A stretch of 64,000 nt of DNA from Candidatus Bathyarchaeota archaeon (GCA_963775685.1 CAVZJV010000014.1:2403401-2467400), one strand, 5' to 3'; positions 10,597 through 22,111 are shown, numbered from the stretch's first letter. The notes: a model not told the origin generated them from the sequence alone. Program-made: numbers and translations.

Positions 10597-11766
10597 TTAG
10601 TACCCCATTAAGCCGCAGCACCGAGAACATATTGGAAAAACTCCGTCTTCGCAGCTTTTTAGGGCTCGTCTAAACTTGCGATGTTTTTCACTATTATAAA
10701 TTTCAAGGATGCTTTGTTCCTGAATGTTTCCTGTGACAAAATCAGGAAAGTCTCGGCATGTAACTGTGTCTCCGTTTGGCATCACATCTAGTTGGAACCA
10801 GGGTGAAATGCATTTTTTGTATCCGAAGAAGTTTTCTGGCTCAGTGTAGTATGTTTTGATTTGCTCTGGTTTAAGGTCAGGAACAAACAGGATTGGAGTT
10901 TTGAATTTATCAGATTTAATCTTTCGTACTTGTTCAGCGATTTTTTCCATATCCAATATTGAAGTGTCGCGGACATAGCCCTTCCAAGCGAAGGGTGTTA
11001 CACCTAACTTTTCTTCTGCTATTTTGATGTGTTTTTGCCCGATGGATTCTTTTGTAAACCAGGAATAGTAAATTATCATTCCGTCAGGTCTAAGTTTTTC
11101 TGCTTCTTGCACAGTCTCAAACAGTGTTGATTCGTTGTTCTTGGAAATTGTTGTTAAAACAAAAATGCCTGGCTTGCTGGTTTTTTTCTCTTTCTTTAAC
11201 TTTTGGATTGCCATTATTCCACGAGTTGCTGTATCCAATGCTCCAGGTGTGCCGCGGCATTTATCATGGATTTCTCTAGGTCCATCGAAAGAGACACAGA
11301 TCATATCCCAGCAGTTATCTACTATGGTTTGAGCGTTTTTTTCCAGCCCAACGCCGTTTGTCACAATCTGAACTGTTAGGTCTTTTTGTTTCATGTAGTT
11401 AACAAGCGGAACAAGCGGTTCGTAAAGGAAGGGTTCCCCGCCTGTTATGTAAACATGAACTTTTTTAGGCGCGACTTCGTCTATTACGTTTTTGTAGGTT
11501 TCAAGAGGGACTTCGCCTGTGACTTTTGGCGTATCTTCCCGTGCGTTGTATCCGGTGTTGCCCCATTGAGCGCAGATTGCGCATCTGTGGTTGCAGCGGT
11601 GTGTGATTCTTAGGCTTAGCAGCCATAGAGACGAGCTGCTTCCGTCTTTGTTTCGATAATCCATTTTGGTTTTTACAAACTGTCTGTAGGAGCCTCGTGC
11701 AAAGCTCATTAGGAGCTGAGGATTTTTGCACACTGGACCGAAGAGCTGCGTTGGAATCCTTTTCAT
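10597..11766 (-). CDS. Radical SAM protein with C-terminal SPASM/twitch domain
   Basis: CNHRCAIC (CxxxCxxC), TGGEP, TNG, SFDG, and CISPW...NGDTVTC...GNI...CSRCC. Confidence 0.9.
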   Translation of the reverse strand: MKRIPTQLFGPVCKNPQLLMSFARGSYRQFVKTKMDYRNKDGSSSSLWLLSLRITHRCNHRCAICAQWGNTGYNAREDTPKVTGEVPLETYKNVIDEVAPKKVHVYITGGEPFLYEPLVPLVNYMKQKDLTVQIVTNGVGLEKNAQTIVDNCWDMICVSFDGPREIHDKCRGTPGALDTATRGIMAIQKLKKEKKTSKPGIFVLTTISKNNESTLFETVQEAEKLRPDGMIIYYSWFTKESIGQKHIKIAEEKLGVTPFAWKGYVRDTSILDMEKIAEQVRKIKSDKFKTPILFVPDLKPEQIKTYYTEPENFFGYKKCISPWFQLDVMPNGDTVTCRDFPDFVTGNIQEQSILEIYNSEKHRKFRRALKSCEDGVFPICSRCCGLMGY

Positions 11767-12009
11767 GAATACTACCGTTTGCTTAGTGCCTTAGTGAGGA
11801 GTGGCATTTAAATTTGCCCCAAATTACTCACAAGTTAACAAGCATGTAGATTCATAAATATGGTTCTTTCTGACTGAAAAAACAAATCGACTCATATTTT
11901 CATGTCGGTCACAGCTCATTTTCTATGTCTACGGAATAAAGGGCTTAAGGCTAACTTGGAAAGAGTTATCTCTCTCACAGGAACTATCCTTCTCGGAACC
12001 TTGAGTGTA

Positions 12010-13002
12010 TTAATGATTTTCCGAATGGTGTTCTTTTATTTCGTTGGGCATATGTTTCTTTAAAATGTCAATCCTCTTTGAGAGTAAAGGCAAGAGTTTT
12101 TCCACCGCTACAAACGCCACAGTCGCGTATGCTATTCCTCCTAAAACATCAACAAAATAGTGCTCGCCAAGATAGACAGCGCTAAACCAAGTTCCAACAG
12201 GAATCACTAACACCGGAAGACTCTTCCACTTCCAAATTTTAAACGCAAAGAGGAAAACTAGCCAAGGCATGGCTGAATGCATGCTTGGAAAGGCAGCGAA
12301 CAAGTTCCCGCCTAAGAAATCAAACAGTGTTTTGTAAACAGGTATTCCCAGGTTAACGTCAACTGAACTAGTTAAGAGTCTTTCAACTACAGGTCCAGTA
12401 TAGGATGACGTGAAGGCTGAGTTAAACTGGTACCATGGAGGCGACACTGGGTAAAACAGGAAAGTTATCAACGCAGAGTAAGTTAGCACGCCAAAGGCAA
12501 CGATGTATTTCCAATAATTCTTAGGGCTTTTCCTCCAAACGATGTATGCGAATATAGTTGGAACAAAGAAATATATTCCATAGAAGACAGCTCCCACATA
12601 ATCTAAAGCCGGAAACCTAAAACCTTGCTGCAAAGCTAGACTTGGCAGTTGCCCAAATAATTGCATATCCCAACTGCGTGGTCCTCCATGAAGATTATAA
12701 AGCGAGATAGAGCCAACGAAACTGTACATTATTTCGTAAGAGATGAATACTGTAACAAAAGGAAGCCAATCCTTCAAAGCACGCCAGGTTCGCTGATTAT
12801 AAGATGTGTAAAACAGGATGCCTAAAACAAGAAATTCCGGTCCTGGAATAATGCTGTATTCCACGCAGAAGATTGCTATTGCTGCCGCATAGATTCCTAA
12901 AAAAAGAAGAGAAAAGAACCTTGAAGAATGATAATCAAAGCTCAAGTCATGCTTCATTTTTTCGAAGTTGAGCTTTTTATTCTCTTCTTTCCTTTTCACC
13001 AT
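12010..13002 (-). CDS. PAP2-superfamily integral membrane protein (AUR1/inositol-phosphoryltransferase-like)
   Basis: Multiple TM helices. YPVSPPW, AAFPSMH and AVYLGEHYFVDVLGG motifs. Confidence 0.85.
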   Translation of the reverse strand: MVKRKEENKKLNFEKMKHDLSFDYHSSRFFSLLFLGIYAAAIAIFCVEYSIIPGPEFLVLGILFYTSYNQRTWRALKDWLPFVTVFISYEIMYSFVGSISLYNLHGGPRSWDMQLFGQLPSLALQQGFRFPALDYVGAVFYGIYFFVPTIFAYIVWRKSPKNYWKYIVAFGVLTYSALITFLFYPVSPPWYQFNSAFTSSYTGPVVERLLTSSVDVNLGIPVYKTLFDFLGGNLFAAFPSMHSAMPWLVFLFAFKIWKWKSLPVLVIPVGTWFSAVYLGEHYFVDVLGGIAYATVAFVAVEKLLPLLSKRIDILKKHMPNEIKEHHSENH

Positions 13003-13193
13003 TAGCTGATCGTCCAGTTTTTTAATAAATAATCTTCATCCTTTTTAAATGGCTTTTCCCAATTCCTCCGGAGAACTGATGCCAAAATAAGATATACATT
13101 TGCTTGTTAGACAATCCAGCATATGTTGGATAAGAAACTTTAGAAACCGCAAGAAACTTAAAAGACCTTCAAACCTATAACGGCTGTGAAACA

Positions 13194-13508
13194 ATGGAAA
13201 AAGTTTGGGATGAACTGAAAAAAATTGAAGCCCAAGCAGAGCAAATCCAGAACGACGCTCAAGATAGGGCAAAAAATATGGTTCTTCTCGCAAAGCATGA
13301 TGCTGAAAAACTGATTCAAAACAGTAAAACCTATGCTGAATCTGAGTCACAGAAGATTTACGCAGAAGCTATAGAGAGAGCTAATCAGGAACGCGATGAA
13401 CACCTAAAAGCGAATGAGCAAGCTGGTGGGATCCTGAAATCAAAAGCTGAAAAACGCATGGATAATGCGGTTTTAGTGGTTGTGAATGCCGTACTTGAGG
13501 ACACATAA
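13194..13508 (+). CDS. atpH: A-type ATP synthase subunit H (peripheral stalk)
   Basis: About 100-aa charged coiled coil (ELKKIEAQAEQI...), first gene of the ATP synthase cluster. Confidence 0.75.
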   Translation: MEKVWDELKKIEAQAEQIQNDAQDRAKNMVLLAKHDAEKLIQNSKTYAESESQKIYAEAIERANQERDEHLKANEQAGGILKSKAEKRMDNAVLVVVNAVLEDT

Positions 13509-13510
13509 CT

Positions 13511-14563
13511 TTGACTCAGACAACACACTATGCTTCTGTTCTAGCTAAAATCGGTGCAGAAAGAAGCAAACTCATTGAAGAATCAAAACTCAAAGCGCTC
13601 GCAGAAAATAAAAGCCTTAATGAATTTGCCACTCAACTTCGAGAAACAAGCTACCAAGAACAAATCGCCAAAGTAACCATGCCACTTACCAGCCAAAAGC
13701 TTGAAAGAGCATTCAACGAAAACCTTATTGACACCTACATAAAAATCATAAAGTATTCACCAAAAAAAACAAGAGAATACTTGAGTTTGTATCTGTTACG
13801 GTTCGAGATTGAACATGTAAAAGCTCTTATGAAAACAATTAGTGCCAAGCTGACTCCTGAGCAAAAGCTGGCAAAAATATATTTTTCCGTTGAGGATTAT
13901 TTCAAGAAACGAGCAGTCTTGGAGGAAGCAGCTAAAGCCTTATCTCCCATCCAAATGATTCACGCGTTTAAAGGCTCAGAGTATTTTTCTGCTCTATCCA
14001 TTGGGCTGAAAAAACATGAGGAAAACTCTTCTACAGCATCTTTTGACATATTTTTAGACAAGATCTTTTATGAAAAACTCTATGAAAGCTACCAGCGCCT
14101 TGACAAAAAAGAGCAGACTTACGCAAATTTCTATGCAAGCACAGAAAACGATGGCTTCGCGTTGGTGACATTACTTAGGGGAAAAGCACTAAATTACGAG
14201 CCAAATAAGCTGCGATTGGTCGTTCCTCAAAGCTTCTTCAACCTTCGAGAACGAACAGTTGAAGCTCTCGTTACATCGATTGATTTTGAAGCGGCATTAA
14301 AGATTGTTCTCGACAGTTACTATACCAAGTTTTTTGTTAAAGCCCAAACTCCAGAAGATACAATAGCTGTTGCAGAAAAAGCCTTAAAGAAAGCAGTGAT
14401 TCAGCACGCCAAATCAAATGTAATTAGTAAGGCATTTAATATAGGGTTACCGCTTGCATTCATAACCCAGAAAGAAACTGAAGTTTACAATCTCTCCGTT
14501 TTAAGTTTAGGCGTAGATGCAGCAATGAAGCCTGAAGAAATCCGCAACCAACTTTTACTTTAA
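13511..14563 (+). CDS. atpC: A-type ATP synthase subunit C (AC39/d family)
   Basis: 350 aa, YASVLAKIGAERSKL, LRETSY, PLAFITQKETEVYNL. Supported by operon context. Confidence 0.85.
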   Translation: MTQTTHYASVLAKIGAERSKLIEESKLKALAENKSLNEFATQLRETSYQEQIAKVTMPLTSQKLERAFNENLIDTYIKIIKYSPKKTREYLSLYLLRFEIEHVKALMKTISAKLTPEQKLAKIYFSVEDYFKKRAVLEEAAKALSPIQMIHAFKGSEYFSALSIGLKKHEENSSTASFDIFLDKIFYEKLYESYQRLDKKEQTYANFYASTENDGFALVTLLRGKALNYEPNKLRLVVPQSFFNLRERTVEALVTSIDFEAALKIVLDSYYTKFFVKAQTPEDTIAVAEKALKKAVIQHAKSNVISKAFNIGLPLAFITQKETEVYNLSVLSLGVDAAMKPEEIRNQLLL

Positions 14564-14577
14564 CTTTTTTTCGAGCC

Positions 14578-16593
14578 TTATTTTAAAGGCTCTTTTTTCT
14601 TCAGGACCAAATCGGTATAGACGAATTTCTGTTTGAAAGGACTGAACTCTGTTCCTGTACCTTGGTAGAATTTGCTAAACCACTCGTAGAAATGCAACCT
14701 CAATGTGTGGATGAAAACTATTAAGCCTTCAAGTGCCAGCACGAATATGTTTCCGAACACTATGATTACGCCCGCGAGAATTAAACCTAATATCGACGCT
14801 GAACCGACTGGATTGACCAAGTCAGCGATTGTATAAGTTACCAACATCAGTGCCCAATGCGCCATCAGCAAGGCAAGAATTCTTGAGTAAGAGATCGTGT
14901 TGCTTAGCAGGCGAGTGATTAAGTCTCCCCCTTCAAACAATCTGCCAGAAATTGAGTCTGCTTCAGCGTGGGCTGTTGCAGTGCCGTGATGCGGTGGCTT
15001 TGCTATAGCTAGATAGATTGGTTTCCCAACGACTAATATAATGAAAGGGATTATCGTGATTAATATTGGGCCACTGAACCATGCGCCGAAGTTTAATTGG
15101 TAGAAGTAGATCAAGTACACTCCACCCACGAAGAAACCAATTTTTGGCAACGAAGTCAAGAGGGTATCAGCTACATTGTGTTTCAATGCAAAATTTACAC
15201 CTTCTAAGACAATTCCGCTGATTATCTGAACTATGCCTACAAATAGGGCAAAGATCAGAAATGTAAACACGTTTTCGAATGGACTAAACCATATAGGCGC
15301 AAATAATTGTGTGCCAAAAAACTCGCCAAAGAGTAATCCCGCCCCAATGGCGCCTATTCCGCATGCGGCCATTATAAAGCAGACATTTTTCATTGCTTGA
15401 TTGCTTTTGATTAAAGTGCCTACGATTAATCCTCCGAGCAAAAGAATTAAGCCATGTCCAACATCGCCGAACATTAAACCAAAGAGAATCGGAAATGTTA
15501 TAGCAATTACAGGTGTTGGGTCTACTTCGTCATAATGGGGTAAACCATATAGTTTAGTGAGTTCCTCAAAAGGCCGAATAAACCTGCTGTTGATAACTTT
15601 TGTAGGCGGATCTTCAGCTTCTCCCACTTTATTTTCGAGGACCAAAACTTTTCCATCAAGCATTCCCGTAACTTTTTCGTTTAGTTCCTTGAGCTTTTTC
15701 TTGGGCACAAATCCTTTAACAGTCGCAAGGCGACCTGACTGAAATATTTTTCTTTCTGCATACAGAAGCGCAAGAATGTTTTCTGAAGTTTCCTTCAACG
15801 AAGCAAGATTATTCTTGTTTTCTTCGCCTAACATTTTTAGTGAAGTGCAAAGTGCTTTTTCTTTTTCTGTGTTTTCTTTTAGTTGCTTGTTGACTTCTCT
15901 TAGTGCTTCAGTCATGTCGTGAGGTAGCTCTTCTGGTACATGAAAAATTTCGGCATGATGAGTTTTTAGGATTTTCTCGATTTCTGCCTGATTTTTGGTT
16001 GGGCTGGCTAAACACACAAAGGCTACTTCCTTGGCTATGGCGCAACGGTCAATAAAAATAGGCAAACCTGAGAGGGCAGTTTCTAACCCGCTGAAGTTTT
16101 TTATCGGTACGCTTGCAGTCGCAACATAAATCAGTTTTAAATCTTCCAAAGCTTCAAGGTCTGCGCCCATGAAGTTGAGTCTTCCCAACATATCTTTGGT
16201 ATAGTTGAGTTGTCCAGTTTTTTCTTGAATGCCCAAAAGTGATTCATTGAAGGTGTCAGTTTCTTTTTTTAGCGCTAAAATTTTTTGGCTTGTGGTTTCT
16301 AAGAGAGCCTTCCAATTTTCCTCTGTGACCGGTATTTTAGTTGGTAGATTTAACTTGAAGATTGAAAACAGGCTTGATTTTTCCTGGACCAGCTGATCAA
16401 TCAATAAATTTACGTCTGAAAGAGCCTCTTCGACTTTCTGGATGGTCTGGTTAGATTCACCTAAATCTGCGTTGTCTTGAGCCGTTTGTTCAATATGGAA
16501 TTCTTCAAAGCTGCTGAGTGCTTCCAAAATTGACTCTACATCTTTCTTAACGCAGATTATTGATGTCGAGGTCATTCTTTCTGGTCGCAACAT
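14578..16593 (-). CDS. atpI: A-type ATP synthase subunit I (a), encoded antisense to the other subunits
   Basis: Soluble N-terminal half, then [31 protein letters not shown] (essential Arg), [15 protein letters not shown]. Probable ATG at 16593 (MLRPERM). Confidence 0.95.
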   Translation of the reverse strand: MLRPERMTSTSIICVKKDVESILEALSSFEEFHIEQTAQDNADLGESNQTIQKVEEALSDVNLLIDQLVQEKSSLFSIFKLNLPTKIPVTEENWKALLETTSQKILALKKETDTFNESLLGIQEKTGQLNYTKDMLGRLNFMGADLEALEDLKLIYVATASVPIKNFSGLETALSGLPIFIDRCAIAKEVAFVCLASPTKNQAEIEKILKTHHAEIFHVPEELPHDMTEALREVNKQLKENTEKEKALCTSLKMLGEENKNNLASLKETSENILALLYAERKIFQSGRLATVKGFVPKKKLKELNEKVTGMLDGKVLVLENKVGEAEDPPTKVINSRFIRPFEELTKLYGLPHYDEVDPTPVIAITFPILFGLMFGDVGHGLILLLGGLIVGTLIKSNQAMKNVCFIMAACGIGAIGAGLLFGEFFGTQLFAPIWFSPFENVFTFLIFALFVGIVQIISGIVLEGVNFALKHNVADTLLTSLPKIGFFVGGVYLIYFYQLNFGAWFSGPILITIIPFIILVVGKPIYLAIAKPPHHGTATAHAEADSISGRLFEGGDLITRLLSNTISYSRILALLMAHWALMLVTYTIADLVNPVGSASILGLILAGVIIVFGNIFVLALEGLIVFIHTLRLHFYEWFSKFYQGTGTEFSPFKQKFVYTDLVLKKKEPLK

Positions 16594-16649
16594 TTTTAAC
16601 AGGATGTTTGATTTACCAGCAAACATTTAAAGTTATATTTGGCGATGGC
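16594..16649. promoter_or_regulatory. Compact divergent promoter region between atpI and atpF, with an inverted repeat
   Basis: 56-bp spacer containing ATGTTTG-N9-CAAACAT (16604-16626) abutting the TATA-like TTTAAA and TTATAT. Confidence 0.5.
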
Positions 16650-16958
16650 ATGATTGGCTTCGTAATAGGTGATAGCGACATGATTACGGGCTTTAGGCTC
16701 GTTGGCGTTGAAGGCGTCGAAGCATCCACTGCCGAAGAAGCACTAAAAGCCCTAAATAAAGCATTAACACGCGATGGTGTCGGCGTGATAATAATCAGCG
16801 AATCATTCTTCAATGACCCATCCATACGGGAAGAAGTAGATAAAATACGTCAAGAACGTGTAACCCCTTTAATCGTGGAAATTCCGGGCAGTAAGGGTCC
16901 GGCAAATAAAATGCAGCTATCTGACATGATTAGCAAAATATTGGGCAACAAAATCTAA
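16650..16958 (+). CDS. atpF: A-type ATP synthase subunit F
   Basis: MIGFVIGDSDMITGFRLVGVEG ... PLIVEIP signature. ATG at 16650. Confidence 0.92.
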   Translation: MIGFVIGDSDMITGFRLVGVEGVEASTAEEALKALNKALTRDGVGVIIISESFFNDPSIREEVDKIRQERVTPLIVEIPGSKGPANKMQLSDMISKILGNKI

Positions 16959-17584
16959 TGGTGACTTACATGATCTTTAAAAACGGTATTTCAGCAATTG
17001 CCAACGATGTTTTAGGCGACGTTCAAAAAGAAGCTGAAGCGTTGATCTTAGCAGCTGAAAAAGAGGCAAAAGCAACCTTAAAGGCAGCAAAGGAACGAGC
17101 CGACCAAAACTACCGTGCTATGATTAATGAGGCAACTGCGAACGCGGAGGCTGAAAAACGAAAAATTGCTTCGGTAACTGAAGTGGAAATTAGGAACAGT
17201 TTACTTCAAGCAAAAGAAGATTTGGTTGATGTAGCGTTCGAGAAAGCTTTGGCTAAACTTAAGAATTTTGTAGAAACTGACGAGTACCATGATTATCTTC
17301 TGAAGATAATACAAACTTCCGCTGAAAAAATTGGCCAAAAGAACTTAACCATACAATTAAACGCTAAAGACAAAGGTTGGTTAACGCAAGTGCTGAAGCG
17401 TTTATCAAAGAAGTTGCTTTGTGAATTGACGCTATCCGACAAGGCTGAAGATTACATTGGGGGATGTATAATTCAAACCGAAAACGGCAAAATAATTAAC
17501 GATGTCACAATAGACAATCGGTTGAAAGAGCTTAAACCGGCTTTACGTGTTGAACTAGCAAAAACATTGTTTGGCGAGGTGTAA
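16958..17584 (+). CDS. atpE: A-type ATP synthase subunit E
   Basis: Coiled-coil N-terminus, IGGCIIQTENGKIINDVTIDNRL ... LF C-terminus. Confidence 0.9.
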   Translation: MVTYMIFKNGISAIANDVLGDVQKEAEALILAAEKEAKATLKAAKERADQNYRAMINEATANAEAEKRKIASVTEVEIRNSLLQAKEDLVDVAFEKALAKLKNFVETDEYHDYLLKIIQTSAEKIGQKNLTIQLNAKDKGWLTQVLKRLSKKLLCELTLSDKAEDYIGGCIIQTENGKIINDVTIDNRLKELKPALRVELAKTLFGEV

Positions 17585-17591
17585 TAGAAAA

Positions 17592-19361
17592 ATGCCCGTT
17601 AAAGGCCGCGTAATAAGAGTTGCAGGACCAGTTGTCGAAGCCAGCGGCATGGCACAAGCCGTTATGCATGAGATGGTTGAAGTCGGAAATGACCTGTTAG
17701 TAGGTGAAATCATCCGTTTAGAAGGCGAACAAGCCACAATTCAAGTTTACCAAAATACCTCTGGACTCAAGCTTGATGAGCCAGTTTTAGGAACTGGAAG
17801 TCCCTTATCAGTGGAATTAGCTCCGGGCATCTTAGGCCAAGTCTTCGACGGCATCCAAAGACCGCTTGAAGAACTAAAAACCCTAACAGGGGCCTTCATT
17901 AAGCAAGCCTCTGGAGTCACATCCCTTTCTAGAACTAAAAAATGGACTTTTATACCAACTGCAAAAGTTGGTGCTAAACTTGTTGGAGGGGACATACTTG
18001 GCATAGTAAAAGAAACCAACCTGTTTGAGCACCGGATACTAGTTCCCGTTAAGGTACAAGGCAAACTGGTTAAGATTGTACCACAAGGCGACTATACAAT
18101 TACCGAAATAATCGCTTCCGTAGAATCAAATGGTGTCACGGTTGATTTGCCAATGCTTCAGAAATGGCCAGTAAGAGAACCACGCCCCCACAAAAGAAGG
18201 TTATTTGCTACTTCTCCATTAATCACAGGACAACGCGTAATCGACACGTTCTTTCCCATCGCAAAAGGTGGAAGCGCATGTATTCCTGGTCCCTTTGGCT
18301 CAGGAAAAACCGTCACCCAGCAACAACTCGCAAAATGGTCAGATGCAAACATCATTATTTACGTGGGTTGCGGAGAACGCGGCAACGAAATGGTCGATGT
18401 TTTAGATAGCTTCCCCAAACTAATTGACCCAACAACAGGACGCCCACTCATGGAGCGAACTGTCCTCGTTGCTAACACAAGCAATATGCCTGTCTCTGCC
18501 CGCGAAGCCAGCATTTACACTGGCATCACCCTTGCAGAATATTTCCGTGACATGGGCTACGCCGTCGCGATGATGGCAGACTCTACAAGCAGATGGGCAG
18601 AAGCACTCAGAGAAGTGTCGGGGCGTCTTGAAGAAATGCCTGCTGAAGAAGGCTTCCCAAGCTATCTGCCATCGCGACTCGCTGAATTCTACGAACGCAC
18701 GGGAGTTGTGGAAACGCTATGTTCAGATAAACGTGTTGGATCTATCTGCGCTATTGGCGCAGTTTCTCCTCCAGGAGGAGACTTCTCAGAACCAGTTACT
18801 CAGCACACGAAACGTTTCACTAGAGTCTTTTGGGCACTGGACGCTGAACTCGCAGCTGCAAGACACTATCCATCGATCAACTGGATGTCAAGCTACAGCG
18901 GCTATATCCAAAACCTCGCTGAATGGTGGCATAAAAACGTTGATAAAAACTGGAATAGCTACCGCGAAGAAGCCATGCGTATTTTGCAGGCGGAAGACGA
19001 CCTTAAAAACATCGTTAAACTCGTTGGACCTGAAGCTTTACCTGACAAACAACGCTTAATCTTGGAAACCGCTCGGATCATCCGCATTGCGTTTTTGCAA
19101 CAGAACGCATTAGACGCTATTGACACTTATAGTACTCCTCAAAAACAATTCAAGATGTTAAAGTTAATTGTGGATCACCACCGATTAGCAGACAACGTGG
19201 TAAGCAAAGGCGTACCAATCTTTAAAGTTACAGAAATGCCCATCACCGACGAAATTATGCGTATGAAAACTTCGATACCTAACGATAAAGTTGATCTCTT
19301 AGATGATTTAGAAAAACGGATGTATGAAAGCTTCGGAACGTTGGAGGCATCACTGAGGTAA
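17592..19361 (+). CDS. atpA: A-type ATP synthase catalytic subunit A
   Basis: Walker [40 protein letters not shown]. No intein. Confidence 0.98.
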   Translation: MPVKGRVIRVAGPVVEASGMAQAVMHEMVEVGNDLLVGEIIRLEGEQATIQVYQNTSGLKLDEPVLGTGSPLSVELAPGILGQVFDGIQRPLEELKTLTGAFIKQASGVTSLSRTKKWTFIPTAKVGAKLVGGDILGIVKETNLFEHRILVPVKVQGKLVKIVPQGDYTITEIIASVESNGVTVDLPMLQKWPVREPRPHKRRLFATSPLITGQRVIDTFFPIAKGGSACIPGPFGSGKTVTQQQLAKWSDANIIIYVGCGERGNEMVDVLDSFPKLIDPTTGRPLMERTVLVANTSNMPVSAREASIYTGITLAEYFRDMGYAVAMMADSTSRWAEALREVSGRLEEMPAEEGFPSYLPSRLAEFYERTGVVETLCSDKRVGSICAIGAVSPPGGDFSEPVTQHTKRFTRVFWALDAELAAARHYPSINWMSSYSGYIQNLAEWWHKNVDKNWNSYREEAMRILQAEDDLKNIVKLVGPEALPDKQRLILETARIIRIAFLQQNALDAIDTYSTPQKQFKMLKLIVDHHRLADNVVSKGVPIFKVTEMPITDEIMRMKTSIPNDKVDLLDDLEKRMYESFGTLEASLR

Positions 19362-19366
19362 TATTT

Positions 19367-20773
19367 ATGGCAACAAAAACAGGACCCGGATTAGAGTATA
19401 AAGGGGTAGCTTCAATTTCAGGGCCTATCATCATAGTAGAAAACGTAAAGGGCGTAGGCTACGATGAGCTTGTCGCAGTGAAACCGCAAAGTGGCGAAAT
19501 ACGTTTGGGCAAAGTAGTTCAAATAACACAGAAAGCGGTATTCGTTCAAGTTTTCGAAGGCACAACTGGCCTCTCCCCCGCAGAAACCCGCACCCGCTTT
19601 CTTGGGCACTCGTTACAAGTTCCAGTATCTATTGAAATGCTTGGGCGCGTAATGAACAGCTTCGGCGAACCAATAGACGGGCACCCGAGATTCTTCACGG
19701 AAGAAAAACGTGACGTCAACGGTTACCCGCTCAACCCCGTTGCCCGAGAATACCCCAAAGAATTCATCCAAACAGGTGTCTCGGCGATCGATGGTTTAAC
19801 AAGCCTCGTGCGCGGTCAGAAACTCCCAGTCTTTAGCGGTCCAGGGTTGGCTCACAACGAACTTGCCGCACAAATTGCAAGGCAAGCCCAGATTCGCAGT
19901 GGAGGAGAAGACTTCAACATAGTTTTCGTGGCTATGGGTCTGGAACACGACGATGCAGCCTTCTTTCAGAAAAGTTTCGAAGAAACAGGCGCCATCAAAA
20001 ACGTTGCAATGTTTCTCAACTTAGCTGAAGACCCGCCAGTCGAGCGCATCATTACCCCTAGAGCAGGGTTAACATTAGCAGAATACTTAGCATATGACCA
20101 AGACCGACACGTACTCGTAATCATGACTGACATGACTAACTACTGCGAAGCTCTTCGCGAAGTCAGTGCCTCAATGGAAGAGGTGCCCAGTAGGAAAGGG
20201 TATCCCGGTTACATGTACAGTGACTTAGCAAGCATATACGAACGGGCAGGCAGAATACACGGCAAAAAAGGGTCCATTACACAGATGCCAATTTTAACTA
20301 TGCCAAACGACGACATTACCCACCCAATTCCAGACCTCACTGGTTACATTACTGAGGGACAAATAGTTTTGTCTCGCTCGCTTGAGAAACAGGGAATATA
20401 TCCGCCAATCTACATATCCACAAGTCTTTCCCGACTGATGAAGGACGGTATAGGCAAAGACAGCACACGAGATGACCACGCTAACGTTGCAAGCCAACTA
20501 TACTCGGCATATGCACAGTACAACTCAGTAAAATCACTAGTAACAATCATAGGCGAAGAAGGCCTAGGTCAACGAGACAGAGAATACTTACGCTTCGGCG
20601 AAAGCTTCGAGAAAACCCTCATCAATCAGGGCAAAAATGAGAACCGGACAGTCGAACAAACACTTTCAATCGCTTGGGATGTCCTTTCACTTCTGCCTGA
20701 CGAAGAATTAACGAACATAAAGCCTGAATACATCCATAAATACTATCCAAAGTTTGCTAGCGAGGTAAAGTAA
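19367..20773 (+). CDS. atpB: A-type ATP synthase subunit B
   Basis: [52 protein letters not shown]. Confidence 0.98.
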   Translation: MATKTGPGLEYKGVASISGPIIIVENVKGVGYDELVAVKPQSGEIRLGKVVQITQKAVFVQVFEGTTGLSPAETRTRFLGHSLQVPVSIEMLGRVMNSFGEPIDGHPRFFTEEKRDVNGYPLNPVAREYPKEFIQTGVSAIDGLTSLVRGQKLPVFSGPGLAHNELAAQIARQAQIRSGGEDFNIVFVAMGLEHDDAAFFQKSFEETGAIKNVAMFLNLAEDPPVERIITPRAGLTLAEYLAYDQDRHVLVIMTDMTNYCEALREVSASMEEVPSRKGYPGYMYSDLASIYERAGRIHGKKGSITQMPILTMPNDDITHPIPDLTGYITEGQIVLSRSLEKQGIYPPIYISTSLSRLMKDGIGKDSTRDDHANVASQLYSAYAQYNSVKSLVTIIGEEGLGQRDREYLRFGESFEKTLINQGKNENRTVEQTLSIAWDVLSLLPDEELTNIKPEYIHKYYPKFASEVK

Positions 20774-20778
20774 CAAAA

Positions 20779-21408
20779 TTGTCATCTGAACACGTTAGCC
20801 CAACAAGAATAAATCTCATTCAAACAAAGAAGACGCTAAACCTTGCAGAGTCTGGCCGAGAGGTCCTTGAACGCAAACGTGATATTCTGTTGCGTGAGTT
20901 GAGAAACAGTATATTCGAGGCTGAAAGGGCCCGCGAGGAAATTTTGGATGCTCTTGCTAAAGCTTACCAAAGCTTAAGAGAAGCCAACATGGCTAATGGG
21001 TCAGAGACAATTGCAAGCGTTGCCTTAGGCTCTAGCAACGTGGCTAACTATAACATTGACTACAAAAGTATCATGGGCGTAACTATCCCAACTGCAGAAT
21101 TTCAAAGGAAAGCTAACATGAAACCAGATTACGGTTTCGCCAACACTAGCGTGGAACTAGACAAAGCATTCAAGCAATTCCACAACATACTAACTTTAAT
21201 CGCTGAATTAGGTAGAGCTGAAGGCACGTCATTTCAGATTGCAAATGACGTACGCAGAACCCAACGGCGAGTCAACGCCTTAAACTATGTTCTTATCCCT
21301 AGGTACCGTAAAACTGCTAAATGGATTGAACTAGTGCTCGAAGAAAAAGACCGCGAAGAATTTGTTAGGACCAAAATAATTAAACGTGTAGTTAAGGAGC
21401 GTAAATAA
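20779..21408 (+). CDS. atpD: A-type ATP synthase subunit D
   Basis: PTRINL ... LERKRDIL ... TQRRVNALNYVLIP ... LEEKDREEF. Confidence 0.95.
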   Translation: MSSEHVSPTRINLIQTKKTLNLAESGREVLERKRDILLRELRNSIFEAERAREEILDALAKAYQSLREANMANGSETIASVALGSSNVANYNIDYKSIMGVTIPTAEFQRKANMKPDYGFANTSVELDKAFKQFHNILTLIAELGRAEGTSFQIANDVRRTQRRVNALNYVLIPRYRKTAKWIELVLEEKDREEFVRTKIIKRVVKERK

Positions 21409-21852
21409 ATGAAGTTCAGTTTTCAAACCATAAAAAAAATCTTAGTTCCCACTGATGGTTCAGACTACAGTATTCATGCAGCTGAATACGCCATAGGCAT
21501 TGCAAAAACTCATGATGCTCAAATCATGTTTGTTTATGTGTTGGATGAGGTTGTTATCGACCGATTTACCAAAATAACTGAACGTGCGGATGTTGAAAAG
21601 GAACTTAAAGCGGATGGTCAAAGATACATAAATTACATCCTCAGTCTGGCTGAGAAAGAAGGCGTTAAAAATACCTCTCTGATTGCAAAGGGCAGACCGT
21701 TTGAACAAATTGTGCATTTAGCTAATGGCTTAGACATCGACTTAATTGTTATGGGAACGTATGGACGAAGAGGTTCGGAGAGAATTCTTATCGGCAGCGT
21801 TGCCGAGAGAGTAATTGAATATGCACATTGCCCTGTCCTAGTTGTGAAATAA
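21409..21852 (+). CDS. Universal stress protein (UspA family)
   Basis: KILVPTDGS, DLIVMGTYGRRG ... IGSVAERV ... CPVLVV. ATG directly follows the atpD stop. Confidence 0.95.
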   Translation: MKFSFQTIKKILVPTDGSDYSIHAAEYAIGIAKTHDAQIMFVYVLDEVVIDRFTKITERADVEKELKADGQRYINYILSLAEKEGVKNTSLIAKGRPFEQIVHLANGLDIDLIVMGTYGRRGSERILIGSVAERVIEYAHCPVLVVK

Positions 21853-21875
21853 AAAAGCGGTTGGGAGTCAAATCT

Positions 21876-22052
21876 TTGACAAACAAAGCCCAGTTAGACC
21901 AAGATTTCGATAACTTGAATCTAGAAATAGAGCGAGAGACAGAAAAAGAATTAACCAGAATCCGCGCAGAAATCAATACGCTCAAAGACAACGCCATTAA
22001 GATGAATGAAATACTATCGAGCCCTCCCTCCAATGAAGAGAAAAGAAGTTAA
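21876..22052 (+). CDS. 58-aa coiled-coil hypothetical protein
   Basis: GGGAG RBS then TTG at 21876. Heptad-like charged sequence LDQDFDNLNLEIERETEKELTRIRAEINTL. Confidence 0.55.
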   Translation: MTNKAQLDQDFDNLNLEIERETEKELTRIRAEINTLKDNAIKMNEILSSPPSNEEKRS

Positions 22053-22111
22053 GTGAGAAAAAAGTTAATAGCTAAGCTTATTGTGTGCAATGTTAATGGA
22101 GTGAACGTAGC

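Noticed and set aside
8273-13002. tRNA-Gln as the integration site of an island
   Set aside because: No duplicate of the tRNA 3' end and no integrase seen downstream.
14564-16649. atpI as a phase-variable invertible segment
   Set aside because: I found no inverted repeats shared by the two boundaries and no recombinase in the window.
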